Origin: Longivirga aurantiaca
Lineage (GTDB): Bacteria; Actinomycetota; Actinomycetes; S36-B12; CAIYMF01
Direction of reading: 5' to 3'
Assembly: GCF_042660085.1 (NCBI RefSeq)
Contig: NZ_JBHSTI010000058.1
Coordinates: forward strand, 1-32,000
DNA: 32,000 nucleotides
Shown here: positions 15,712-24,348 of the stretch, piece by piece
How positions within the stretch are numbered: the first letter of the stretch is position 1
How the letters are laid out: the number at the start of each line of letters is the position of its first letter
Notes under the pieces: model-generated
Told to the model about the DNA's origin: nothing
What the model saw: only the letters and a program-made list of their open reading frames with translations
Database searches by the model: none
Made by a program: the position numbers and the translations under genes

Positions 15712-18700
15712 ATGTCACCCCTGCGCGTCACGACGACGGCCCTCACCCTCACCGCGCTCGGTTCCGTGCTGCTGCTCGCGACCGTCCTGGTCAACGGCCC
15801 CGTGACGGCCGACCTGGGCGCGGTCGACGCCGGTCCGTTCGGCACCGCGACGGTCGGGCTCGGCCTGGACGCCGTGCGCGCGATGCTGCTGGTGCTCGTC
15901 ACCGGCGTCGGTGCGGTGGTGGCGGCGTACTCGCGGCGCAACCTCGCCGGACAGGCCCGGCTGGCCCGCTTCGCGGTGCTGCAGCTCGTGGTCGTGCTCG
16001 GTCTCGCCCTCGCCGTCAGTGCTGCGAGCCTGCCCCTGCTGGCCCTCGGCTGGATCGCCTCCGGTCTCGCGATGTCGGGGCTGGTCGAGCACGCGGGCGG
16101 CGACCGGGCACGCGCGGCGAGCCGCTGGGTCCGGCGCAGGCTGCTCGTCGGCGATCTCGCCCTCGTCGCCGCGGTGGTGGTGTCCGGTGCGTGGCTCGGC
16201 GTGCTCGACGTGGCGGCGCTCGGCGCGGCCGCAGGGACGGGCGCCGCTGCCGAGGTCGTGGCCGTGCTCGTCGTGCTCGCAGGTGCCGTGCGCAGCGCGC
16301 TGGTGCCCGCGCACCGCTGGCTCCCCGAGGTGGCCGAGGCGCCCTCGCCGGTGAGCGCCCTGCTGCACGCCGGCTTCGTCAACGGGATCGGCATCCTCGC
16401 CCTGCTCCTCTGGCCCCTGCTCTCGGTCAGCGGTGCGGCGCGCGGCCTGGCGTTCGCTCTCGGCCTCGCCACCGTCGTCATCGCGACCGCGCAGCTGCGC
16501 GTGCGCTCCGACGTCAAGGGCCGGCTCGCATCGTCGACCTCGGCGCAGATGGGCTACCTCGCCGTCACGCTCGGCCTCGGGCTGCCGGCGGCGGCGCTCA
16601 TCCACCTGCTCGGCCACGGCATGTGGAAGGCCGGGCTCTTCCTCGGCGCCGGCGGCGCGATCGAGCGGGCCCGGGCGGCCCGAGCCCCGCACGCGTCGCG
16701 CCGCGACCCGCGCGCCTGGCTCGCCGCCGCGCTCGGTGTGCTGGTCGTCCTTCTGGCGGCGGGCCTCCCGCTGGCCTGGGCCGAGCCGCTCCTCTCGATG
16801 CCGGCGTACCTGCTGCCCGTGGCGGTCGCGGCGCTGGCCGCGGCTGTCGCGGCCCGGGCCGCGGCGACCGGCCGGCGTGCCGGCAGCGTCGTCGTCGCCC
16901 TCGCTGCTGCGACCGGCTATGTGCTCGCGGTGCGGCTGGCCGACCATGCGCTCGCCGACGTGCTCGGCTGGAGCCCGCCGGCCTGGGGCGAGCCGGGCAC
17001 GGCGCTGCTCGCGGGCGCCGTGGCGGGCCTCCTGCTCGTGGGCGCCGTGGGCTGGCTGCTCGACGCGCGGCTGCGGCGGGGCGCCATGCCGGGCCTCGCC
17101 GCCCGGGTCGGTCGCTCGGTCCACGCCCCGGTCGCCGCCCTGCCGCGGATCGCGCTTCCCGCGCCCGTTCCGGGCAGCGGCCTGCCCGCACCGGAGCCCG
17201 CCCTGGTCGTCGAGGCCACCGTCACCGCCGCCGAGGTCGTGGCGCCGAGCTGGCCGCTGGCCGCGTTCGTGGCGAGCAACCCCCTCGCCGGGCTCGAGCA
17301 CCTGGACTTCGCCGACGCGGTCGACGCCGCTGCAGCCACCTGGGGTGCGCGCACCGAGATCGACGCTGCGCTGCTGCGGGCGTCCCTGGACGACGGCGTG
17401 CTCGACCCGGCTGCGCTCCAGCGCGTCGCCGCCACGGTGGCCCCGGGCCTCGACCTCCCGCTGCAGGGGTGCGTACGCGAGCGGTCGGCCCTCGTCGCCG
17501 CGGCGCTGCTCGCCGAGGAGCCCCCGCAGGACGACGTCGACTGGGTGCGGTCGGCCCTCGGTGCCCGGTCGTGGGGCCGGTCGCGCCGCCGGCTCGTGTC
17601 GTCGCCCGCCGAGGCGGCCGCGGACGGACGTCCCGAGCTGGTCGCCCTCGACTCACGCGGCCGCGACCTGGTCGCGACGTACGCCGCCCGCAGCTACGGC
17701 GCGGCGTCGTGGCCCTCGCCGTACCCCGGTGTCTGGGACGCCGTCCGCGGCGACGCCGCGCACCTCGACCGCCTGCTCCGCACGCGCGGCGCCGCCGGGT
17801 GGGTCGCCAGCATGCCGGTCGCACCGGCCGAGGCCGTGGCGGAGGCGCTGGCGCGGTGCGGCGTGCTCGCCGACGACGTCGTGCCCGCGCTGTCGCGGGT
17901 GCTCGCCCGCGACCCGGGCTGGGTCGCGCACCTCGCGTGGCGGCGCCGGGTCGGCCGTGCCGACGGCGTGGTCGAGCTGCTCGACCTGCTCGCCGCCCGC
18001 CTCGTCCTGGAGTCGCTGGTGGTGGCGGCCGCCGGCCCGCGGGCCGCGCTCGTGCGGGACGTCGAGGACGACCTCGCTCCGGTGGTGGCGATGCTGATCC
18101 GCGCATCCGGCGCGCCCCGGGACTCCGTCGCGCCGGCCGCGCTCGACGCGCTGCGCGAGATCGCGGTCGAGATGCTCGAGGAGGGCCTCGGGCTGCTGCG
18201 GCTGCGCGCGCTCGAGGAGTCGTACCGGCGTCCGCTCATCCAGCACCTCGCCGCGCGCGCCGAGGTGCTGGCCGGCGCACCCGTCGCCGGGCAGGCGGAT
18301 GCTCAGGTGGTCGCGTGCATCGACGTGCGGTCCGAGCGCCTGCGCCGCGCGCTCGAGGCGCGCGGTCCCTGGGAGACCCTCGGCGCGGCCGGCTTCTTCG
18401 GGCTGCCGCTGGCGCACTGCTCCGCCTCGGGTGCTCTCACCGAGCGGCTGCCCGCGCTGCTGCGTCCTGCGCACGTGGTCTCCGAGCCGCAGCGTGCGAC
18501 GCCGTGGGCCGAGTCGGTCCTGGGCGAGACGTCGGACGCTGTGCACGCGGTCGAGCTCGCGCCGGCGGCGCCGTTCGCGCTCGCCGAGGCGGCCGGCTGG
18601 GTGTCCGGCCCGTCCGCCCTCCTGCACACCGTCCTCCCCCGCCTGTGGGGCCAGGTCCGGCCGGGCGGGGAGTCGGTCCCTGAGGGCGTGCTCGACCTCG

Positions 18701-19845
18701 AGCAGGGATCCGGCGCGCCCGCGGGCTTCGGGCTCGACGAGCTCGTGGCGGCTGCGGCGGCGTTCCTGCGCACGACGGGGCTGCTCCACCCGGCCCCGGT
18801 GGTGCTGCTCCTCGGGCACGGCGGTCACGCGGCGAACAACCCGCACGTCGCGGCGTACGACTGCGGCGCCTGCGGCGGCTTCGCCGGCGACGTGAGCGCG
18901 CGGGCCATGGCCCAGGTGCTCAACGACCCTCGGGTGCGCGACGGCCTGCGGGCCCAGGGCATCGATCTGCCCGCCGCCACCTGGTTCGGCGCTGCGCTGC
19001 ACGACACGACCCGCGACCGGGTGAGCATGCTCGTCGACGTCCCGCCCGCGTGCGCGGACGTGGTCGCGAGGCTCCTCGACGACGTGGCGGGCGCGTGCGA
19101 CGCCGTGGCGGCGGAGAGGGCGCCGCTGCTGCCCGAGCGGCTGCCGGCCGACACCGCGCGGCTGCGCGGCGCGCTCGACTCGCGGGCCGTCGACTGGGCG
19201 CAGGTGCGGCCCGAGTGGGGCCTGGCCCGGAACGCCGCGATCGTGATCGGGCCCCGGAGCCTGACCGATGCGCTCGACCTCGACGGCCGGGTGTTCCTGC
19301 AGTCCTACCGTGCCGAGCTCGACGAGGACGGCTCGTCGCTCGACTTCCTCATGAGCGCGCCGCTCGTGGTGGCGCAGTGGATCTCGTCGCAGTACTGGTG
19401 CTCCACCGTGGACCCGCTGCGGTTCGGTGCCGGCGACAAGACCACCCACAACGTCCTGACGTCGGCGTCCGGCGAGCCCGCACCGCTGACGGCCGTCGTC
19501 ACCGGTGCCCGCGGCGACCTCCGCATCGGGCTGCCCTGGCAGGCCGTCTCGGCGAGCGCGCCGTCGGGCGGGCGGTGGACCGAGCGGCCGTTCCACGAGC
19601 CGCTGCGTCTGCTGGCGGTGATCCACGCGTCGACCAGCGCGGTCGAGGCGGTCCTGGCACGGCGGCCCGAGGTCGCCCGGCTGGTGCTGGGCGGGTGGGT
19701 GTCGCTCGTGGTCCTCGACCCCGCGACGGGTGCGGCCTGGCGACGCGATCCGGAGGCCGGCTGGGTGCCTGCCGAGCACGTCGTGGGCGGCCACGCCGTC
19801 CTCGATCGAGCAGGGGACGAGGTGCCGGGGTCGAACGTCGGGTGA
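15712..19845 (+). CDS. dabB-dabA: Fused DabB-DabA inorganic-carbon pump: N-terminal NuoL/Proton_antipo_M-like membrane module plus C-terminal DUF2309 (DabA, beta-carbonic-anhydrase-like) module
   Basis: 1377 codons in one frame with no stop. The N-terminal part has about 14 TM helices with HRWLPEVAEAPSPVSALLHAG, SSTSAQMGYL and HLLGHGMWKAGLFLGAG. The DabA part starts at SWPLAAFVASNPLAG and contains VVACIDVRSE, LLLGHGGHAANNPHVAAYDCGACGG, RPEWGLARNAAIVIG and VAQWISSQYW...GAGDKTTHN. The start is taken at ATG 15712 (MSPLRVTTT); the listed start at 15637 overlaps the divergent regulator. Confidence 0.85.
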   Translation: MSPLRVTTTALTLTALGSVLLLATVLVNGPVTADLGAVDAGPFGTATVGLGLDAVRAMLLVLVTGVGAVVAAYSRRNLAGQARLARFAVLQLVVVLGLALAVSAASLPLLALGWIASGLAMSGLVEHAGGDRARAASRWVRRRLLVGDLALVAAVVVSGAWLGVLDVAALGAAAGTGAAAEVVAVLVVLAGAVRSALVPAHRWLPEVAEAPSPVSALLHAGFVNGIGILALLLWPLLSVSGAARGLAFALGLATVVIATAQLRVRSDVKGRLASSTSAQMGYLAVTLGLGLPAAALIHLLGHGMWKAGLFLGAGGAIERARAARAPHASRRDPRAWLAAALGVLVVLLAAGLPLAWAEPLLSMPAYLLPVAVAALAAAVAARAAATGRRAGSVVVALAAATGYVLAVRLADHALADVLGWSPPAWGEPGTALLAGAVAGLLLVGAVGWLLDARLRRGAMPGLAARVGRSVHAPVAALPRIALPAPVPGSGLPAPEPALVVEATVTAAEVVAPSWPLAAFVASNPLAGLEHLDFADAVDAAAATWGARTEIDAALLRASLDDGVLDPAALQRVAATVAPGLDLPLQGCVRERSALVAAALLAEEPPQDDVDWVRSALGARSWGRSRRRLVSSPAEAAADGRPELVALDSRGRDLVATYAARSYGAASWPSPYPGVWDAVRGDAAHLDRLLRTRGAAGWVASMPVAPAEAVAEALARCGVLADDVVPALSRVLARDPGWVAHLAWRRRVGRADGVVELLDLLAARLVLESLVVAAAGPRAALVRDVEDDLAPVVAMLIRASGAPRDSVAPAALDALREIAVEMLEEGLGLLRLRALEESYRRPLIQHLAARAEVLAGAPVAGQADAQVVACIDVRSERLRRALEARGPWETLGAAGFFGLPLAHCSASGALTERLPALLRPAHVVSEPQRATPWAESVLGETSDAVHAVELAPAAPFALAEAAGWVSGPSALLHTVLPRLWGQVRPGGESVPEGVLDLEQGSGAPAGFGLDELVAAAAAFLRTTGLLHPAPVVLLLGHGGHAANNPHVAAYDCGACGGFAGDVSARAMAQVLNDPRVRDGLRAQGIDLPAATWFGAALHDTTRDRVSMLVDVPPACADVVARLLDDVAGACDAVAAERAPLLPERLPADTARLRGALDSRAVDWAQVRPEWGLARNAAIVIGPRSLTDALDLDGRVFLQSYRAELDEDGSSLDFLMSAPLVVAQWISSQYWCSTVDPLRFGAGDKTTHNVLTSASGEPAPLTAVVTGARGDLRIGLPWQAVSASAPSGGRWTERPFHEPLRLLAVIHASTSAVEAVLARRPEVARLVLGGWVSLVVLDPATGAAWRRDPEAGWVPAEHVVGGHAVLDRAGDEVPGSNVG

Positions 19846-19975
19846 GCCTGCGGCGCATCTCTCGGTCGGCTCACGGGCGGGGGTAACCCCCAGGAGGAGC
19901 GAGCCGGAGCCGATGGCGCGAGCGGGACGCCCTCCCGCACGCCCGGCTCCCGGAGGCTCTTCCTGCACGTCCGGG

Positions 19976-20611
19976 TCAGGCGGGGCGGTCGACCAGGTGC
20001 TCCTTGGCCCACACCGCGGCGCTGGTGCGGTCGCCGACCCCGAGCCGTGTGAAGACGTTCGTGAGATGCCCCTTCACGGTGCGCTCGCTGATGCCGAGCC
20101 GACGCGCGATCTGGCCGTTGGTGAGGCCGCGCACGACCAGGAGCAGCACGTCGCGCTCGCGCTCGGTGAGGTCGTCGGCCGGGGTGGTGGTGGGGGCCAT
20201 CCGTCGGTTGAGGGCCACGCGCGCGGCCTTCGGGTGCAGCGGCGACTCGCCACGTGCGGCCGCGCGGACGGCACCCACGATCTCGTCCGGCTCGGAGTCC
20301 TTGAGCATGTAGCCGACCGCGCCGGCGTCGAGCGCGTCGAGGATGCGCTCGGGGTCGGAGAACGACGTGAGCGCGACGACCGCGACGGTGTCGTCCATCG
20401 CGACGATCTCGGCCGTGGCGCTGGTGCCGTCGCGGCCGGGCATGGACAGGTCCATGAGCACCACGTGCGGCTGGTGCTCGCGCACGGCGTCCACGGCGTC
20501 GCCCGCGTTGCTCACCGCCGCGACCACGCGGATGTCGTCCTGGGTCTCGAGCATGAGCGCCACACCGTGCCGGAGCACGGGGTGGTCGTCGACGACCACG
20601 ACGTCGATCAC
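19976..20611 (-). CDS. LuxR/NarL-family response regulator
   Basis: 211 aa. The receiver domain is VIDVVVVDDHPVLRHG...VVLMDLSMPGRDG. The C-terminal HTH is LTERERDVLLLVVRGLTNGQIARRLGISERTVKGHLTNVF. The GTG start overlaps the kinase stop (GTGA at 20608-20611). Confidence 0.9.
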   Translation of the reverse strand: MIDVVVVDDHPVLRHGVALMLETQDDIRVVAAVSNAGDAVDAVREHQPHVVLMDLSMPGRDGTSATAEIVAMDDTVAVVALTSFSDPERILDALDAGAVGYMLKDSEPDEIVGAVRAAARGESPLHPKAARVALNRRMAPTTTPADDLTERERDVLLLVVRGLTNGQIARRLGISERTVKGHLTNVFTRLGVGDRTSAAVWAKEHLVDRPA

Positions 20612-21978
20612 AGGGGGATCCTCGCTGTGAGCTCGGTGCCCTCGTGGGGCGCCGTACGGACGGACAGGGTGCCGCGGACCTCGGCGAGCGAGTCCTCGAG
20701 CAGCGCGAGGCCGAGGTGCCCGGCGGGGGTGGCGGCCGAGGGATGAGCGGGGTCCTCGAGCGCGAATCCCTTGCCGTCGTCGGCCACGGTCAGCGTGACG
20801 GCATCGGCGCTCTGCACGATCGCGACCCGCACCCGCGTGGCCTCGGCGTGCTTGACGATGTTGCGCACCGACTCCTGCGCGACGCGGAACAGCGCGGTCT
20901 CGACGTCCTCCGGGAGGTTGGCCGCGCCATCGACGTCGAGCTCGACGTCGATCTCGCGGCTCGCGAGCTGCGCGGTGAGGTCGCTGAGCGCCGCGGCGAG
21001 CCCGGCACGGCGCAGGCCGGGCGGGTAGATCTCGACCAGGAGCGAGCGGAGCCCGCGCACGCCCTGGCGCAGCTCGGTCGCTGCGTTGCGCACGGTGCTC
21101 GCCGCCCAGCTCTGGTCGGCGGAGGTCAGCTGCTCCGAGCGCAGCTTGTCGGCGACGCCGGACAGCGCATAGCTCGATCCCGCGAGCGACTGCACGATGC
21201 CGTCGTGCAGGTGCGCGGCGATGCGCCGGCGCTCGGTCGTCGACGCGTCGAGCGCGTGCTGCAGCAGCCGCATCCGCTCGGCGCGCGCCCGGTCGAGGCT
21301 GCGCGCCAGCGACCACGCGACGGGGACGAGGACGAGCAGCAGCAGCACCATGCCGCCGATCGTGATGGGCGCGAACTCGCCGAGGACGTCGCCCTGACGG
21401 GCGTCGACCGCGGTGCGCGTCTGGTAGGTCTCGAACAGCAGCGTCTCGCCCGCCGGCGTCCACACCGGGAGGTAGACCTCGAGCAGCGGGCCGCTGCCGC
21501 CGTCGAAGCGGTTCTCCGGACGTTCGAGGTCGCTCGCCTCGGCGACCGCGACCCCGCCGGTGTCGATGACCTCGAGTTCCTCGTCGCCGAGGGCGTACTG
21601 CGAGCCGATGAGACGCGGCTCGTCCGACCACACGATGACGCCGTCGCGGTTCCAGATCTTCACGCGGACGACGTCAGCGCTCAGCATCCGCTCCTGCACC
21701 AGTGCCGCGAACTCGGCCTGGGCGACGGCGTCGCCGTCGATCAGCGCCTGGGTGAGCTCGGGCTGCACCAGCGCGGCGGCGAGGGTGATCGTGCGCTGGC
21801 GCGCGTCCTCGATCGCCTCCCGCTCGGCGGCGCGGCTCGCTGCGAACCACACACCGGCGGACACGAGCAGCAGGGCGACCACGCCCGCGGCGATGAAGCG
21901 GGTCATGGCCTGACGCACCACCGTCTGAGGGGGATCAGACGGTGGCGCGCCAGGGGCCGAGGTCGCTCGCTCGAGCAT
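20608..21978 (-). CDS. Sensor histidine kinase (HisKA_3/NarX-DesK type)
   Basis: Two TM segments flank a periplasmic domain. The H-box is ERRRIAAHLHDGIVQSL, followed by a HATPase_c region (VRNIVKHAEA...DDGKGF...GHLGL). The start is uncertain: 21978 (MLERATS, with GGAGG/GAGGTGG upstream) was chosen, and 22077 and 22188 are in-frame alternatives. Confidence 0.8.
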   Translation of the reverse strand: MLERATSAPGAPPSDPPQTVVRQAMTRFIAAGVVALLLVSAGVWFAASRAAEREAIEDARQRTITLAAALVQPELTQALIDGDAVAQAEFAALVQERMLSADVVRVKIWNRDGVIVWSDEPRLIGSQYALGDEELEVIDTGGVAVAEASDLERPENRFDGGSGPLLEVYLPVWTPAGETLLFETYQTRTAVDARQGDVLGEFAPITIGGMVLLLLVLVPVAWSLARSLDRARAERMRLLQHALDASTTERRRIAAHLHDGIVQSLAGSSYALSGVADKLRSEQLTSADQSWAASTVRNAATELRQGVRGLRSLLVEIYPPGLRRAGLAAALSDLTAQLASREIDVELDVDGAANLPEDVETALFRVAQESVRNIVKHAEATRVRVAIVQSADAVTLTVADDGKGFALEDPAHPSAATPAGHLGLALLEDSLAEVRGTLSVRTAPHEGTELTARIPL

Positions 21979-22345
21979 GTCCACCTCGTCGACCTCCGGA
22001 TCCCCCTGGGCCCAGGACCCACCGGAGGTCGGAGCCTCGCGGTGGGCGGGCTCGTCGGAGTGGGCGACGGAGGCCATGACGGTGGCCGACGTCGACGACG
22101 AACCCGGTGCCCAGGGCGTGAGGCGCCGACCGGCGGACCGGACGCGAGCACCCTGCGGCACCGCGGGTAGGGCCCACCAGCCGTCCATGAGTACCGGTAC
22201 CTCCCGCTCGGGTCGTCGGTGTTCGCCGCGTCGTGAGCAGACTGTGCGCCCTGCCGAGAGGTGGTTGAAGGGTCACCGACGGACCGTGCCCGAACCTTGG
22301 ACGAATCTGTGACGTCGCTCCGACGCTCGTTCGCTCTGACCGGTC

Positions 22346-22552
22346 GTGCCGCGCACTGTCCCCACGTCGGACGCAGCAGGTCCCCGGTACGTCTCGACGG
22401 GCCACCTGCCCGACGCAGCGGACATCGCCAGGCTCGTGGGCGATGCGTGCGCGGAGGCGCGCGATGTCCAGGACGGCACCGTCTCGCAGGTGTATCCGGC
22501 GCTGGCCCGCTCGCCCGCCGACCTCTGCGGCGTCTGCGTCGTGGGCGCGGCG
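22346..22552 (+). pseudogene. Probable 5' remnant of a glutaminase (glsA-like) gene
   Basis: ORF 22346..22645 begins ...YVSTGHLPDAADIARLVGDACAEARDVQDGTVSQVYPALARSPADLCGVCVVGA. This resembles, from memory, the N-terminal 60-65 aa of actinobacterial glutaminases (x-Y-I-P-x-L-A...P-x-L-F-G-x-x-V motif). The similarity then disappears, and the 3' end of the S8 gene follows at 22604. This assignment rests on recollection, not on a search. Confidence 0.35.
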
Positions 22553-22603
22553 TCGGTCAGACGAGCGACGAGAGGGCGAGCCGAGCGGACGTGCTGCTAC
22601 GCG

Positions 22604-24112
22604 TCACTTCGTGACGGTGGTGGTCGCCGTCCCGCCGTCCCATGAGGTGCCGGCCTTGACCACGCCCGTGACCGTGTACGTGACGCTGGTGACGTTGAGG
22701 CTCAGCGAGACCGACACGCTGCAGGAACCGGTCGAGCCGGTGGTGCAGGTGGCGGTGCCGGTCGCACCTCCCGATCGGGTCACCGTGACAGTGGCCCCGC
22801 TGACCGGCCCGCCGGTGGCCGTGTCCGTCACCGTGGTGGTGGCGGTGGCCGTCCACGACCTCTTGGCCAGCTTCTTGCTCCCACTGATCGATGCGGCGGT
22901 CGTGATCATGGGCGCAGGAGCGGGGGCGGTGAAGAGCAGGCGGTTGGGCGACCCGGTGCCCGGGGAGCCGACGACACCTGTGGTCGCCTGGCCGACGAGG
23001 GCGTCGCGCACCTGCGCCGGAGTGAGGTTCGGCGACTGCTGCAACAGCAGGGCGGCGGCACCTGCCACGTGCGGGGCAGCCATCGACGTTCCGCTCTTGC
23101 TCGTCGACCCCGTGTCGCTCGTGTACGACGCCGACACGATGCCGGCGAACAGCCCGTCGCCACCCGGCGCGAACAGGTCGAGGCAGGCGCCGTAGTTGGA
23201 GTAGTTCGCGCGCGCATCGCTCCTCGTCGTCGCGCCGACGGTGACCCCTTCTGCGACACGGGCGGGGGAGAAGGTTGCGCAGCCGTCGGTGTTGTCGTTG
23301 CCGGCCGCGAGCGTGTAGGTGACGCCCGCCGCGATGGAGGCGCGGACGGCGTCGTCGAGAGGCTGGCTCGGGTCGCCGCCCAGGCTCATGTTGGCCACCA
23401 TCGGTACGCCCGGGCTCGCCGTCTTCTGCGACGTGACCCAGTCAATGCCGGCGATCACTTGCGCGTCGGTGCCGTTGCCGGTGCAGTCGAGCACGCGAAC
23501 GGCCTTCAGGGTCACGGCCTTCGCGACCCCGAAGCTCGAGCCGCCCACCGTGCCGGCCACGTGCGTGCCGTGCCCCTGGCAGTCCGCAGCGCTACCGCCC
23601 GCCGTGATGGCGTCGTACCCCGTCGAGGCGCGACCACCGAACGTGGTGTGCGTGAAGCGGATGCCGGTGTCGAGCACGAACACCGTCACGCCCGCGCCCG
23701 TGGCGTCGTAGCGGTACGCCGAGTCCAGCGGCAGGGCGCGCTGGTCGATGCGGTCGAGTCCCCAGGACGGCGGGTTGGTCTGCGTGGTGTCGACATGCTT
23801 GCGGCCGTCGCGCGCGACGTAGGCGACCTGCGGTGAGCGCGCCAGCGCCGCGGCGGCGGCCGCGGACGCCGTGATCGAGAAGCCGCGCAGCGCATGCTGG
23901 TACACGAACCCCACCTGGCCGCCCACTCGGCGGGCCTGCTCGGCCGCGACATCGGGCACCTGGTAGCCCGCCACCCCGTTGAGGACGACGATCCAGGTCG
24001 ACGTGGGTGTGGCCGCCTGCGCCGGTGCCGCGAGACCCGTAGCCGCCAGGGCCCCGAGGGCCAGGCCGACGGTCGCCGTCAACGCTGTCGTGCCTCGTCC
24101 GAGCATGCTCAT
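22604..24112 (-). CDS. Secreted S8 (subtilisin/proteinase K-like) serine peptidase with an I9 propeptide and a Thr-rich C-terminal beta-domain
   Basis: Signal peptide MSMLGRGTTALTATVGLALGALAATGLAAPAQA. Catalytic triad contexts VFVLDTG (Asp), GHGTHVAG (His) and SGTSMAAPHVAG (Ser). GGAGAG RBS before the ATG ending at 24112. Confidence 0.9.
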   Translation of the reverse strand: MSMLGRGTTALTATVGLALGALAATGLAAPAQAATPTSTWIVVLNGVAGYQVPDVAAEQARRVGGQVGFVYQHALRGFSITASAAAAAALARSPQVAYVARDGRKHVDTTQTNPPSWGLDRIDQRALPLDSAYRYDATGAGVTVFVLDTGIRFTHTTFGGRASTGYDAITAGGSAADCQGHGTHVAGTVGGSSFGVAKAVTLKAVRVLDCTGNGTDAQVIAGIDWVTSQKTASPGVPMVANMSLGGDPSQPLDDAVRASIAAGVTYTLAAGNDNTDGCATFSPARVAEGVTVGATTRSDARANYSNYGACLDLFAPGGDGLFAGIVSASYTSDTGSTSKSGTSMAAPHVAGAAALLLQQSPNLTPAQVRDALVGQATTGVVGSPGTGSPNRLLFTAPAPAPMITTAASISGSKKLAKRSWTATATTTVTDTATGGPVSGATVTVTRSGGATGTATCTTGSTGSCSVSVSLSLNVTSVTYTVTGVVKAGTSWDGGTATTTVTK

Positions 24113-24303
24113 GGGTTCTCTCCGTCGCCTCGCGGGACCCGACCCCCGTCGGCCAGGGTAGGGCCCACCAGCGGCCACGACCAGGCTTCCACGGGCGGGC
24201 AGGGTGCCGCGGCGACGTCAGCGCGGTGGGCTGAGAGGACGTGGTGGCTCCACCCGATTCTGAGCGGGTGACGGGATCCGTCCCGCGTCCCCCTGCGGAG
24301 CGA

Positions 24304-24348
24304 CGAAGCCCTGTCCTGGCCGGCTTCGCCGGCGGGGACAGGGCTTCG
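24304..24348 (-). terminator. Strong hairpin (13-bp outer stem CGAAGCCCTGTCC/GGACAGGGCTTCG with an inner GCCGGC-ttc-GCCGGC stem)
   Basis: Read directly from the sequence. It lies downstream of the hypothetical/DUF1254-DUF1214 operon (stop 24601, minus) and upstream of the S8 gene. Confidence 0.5.
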
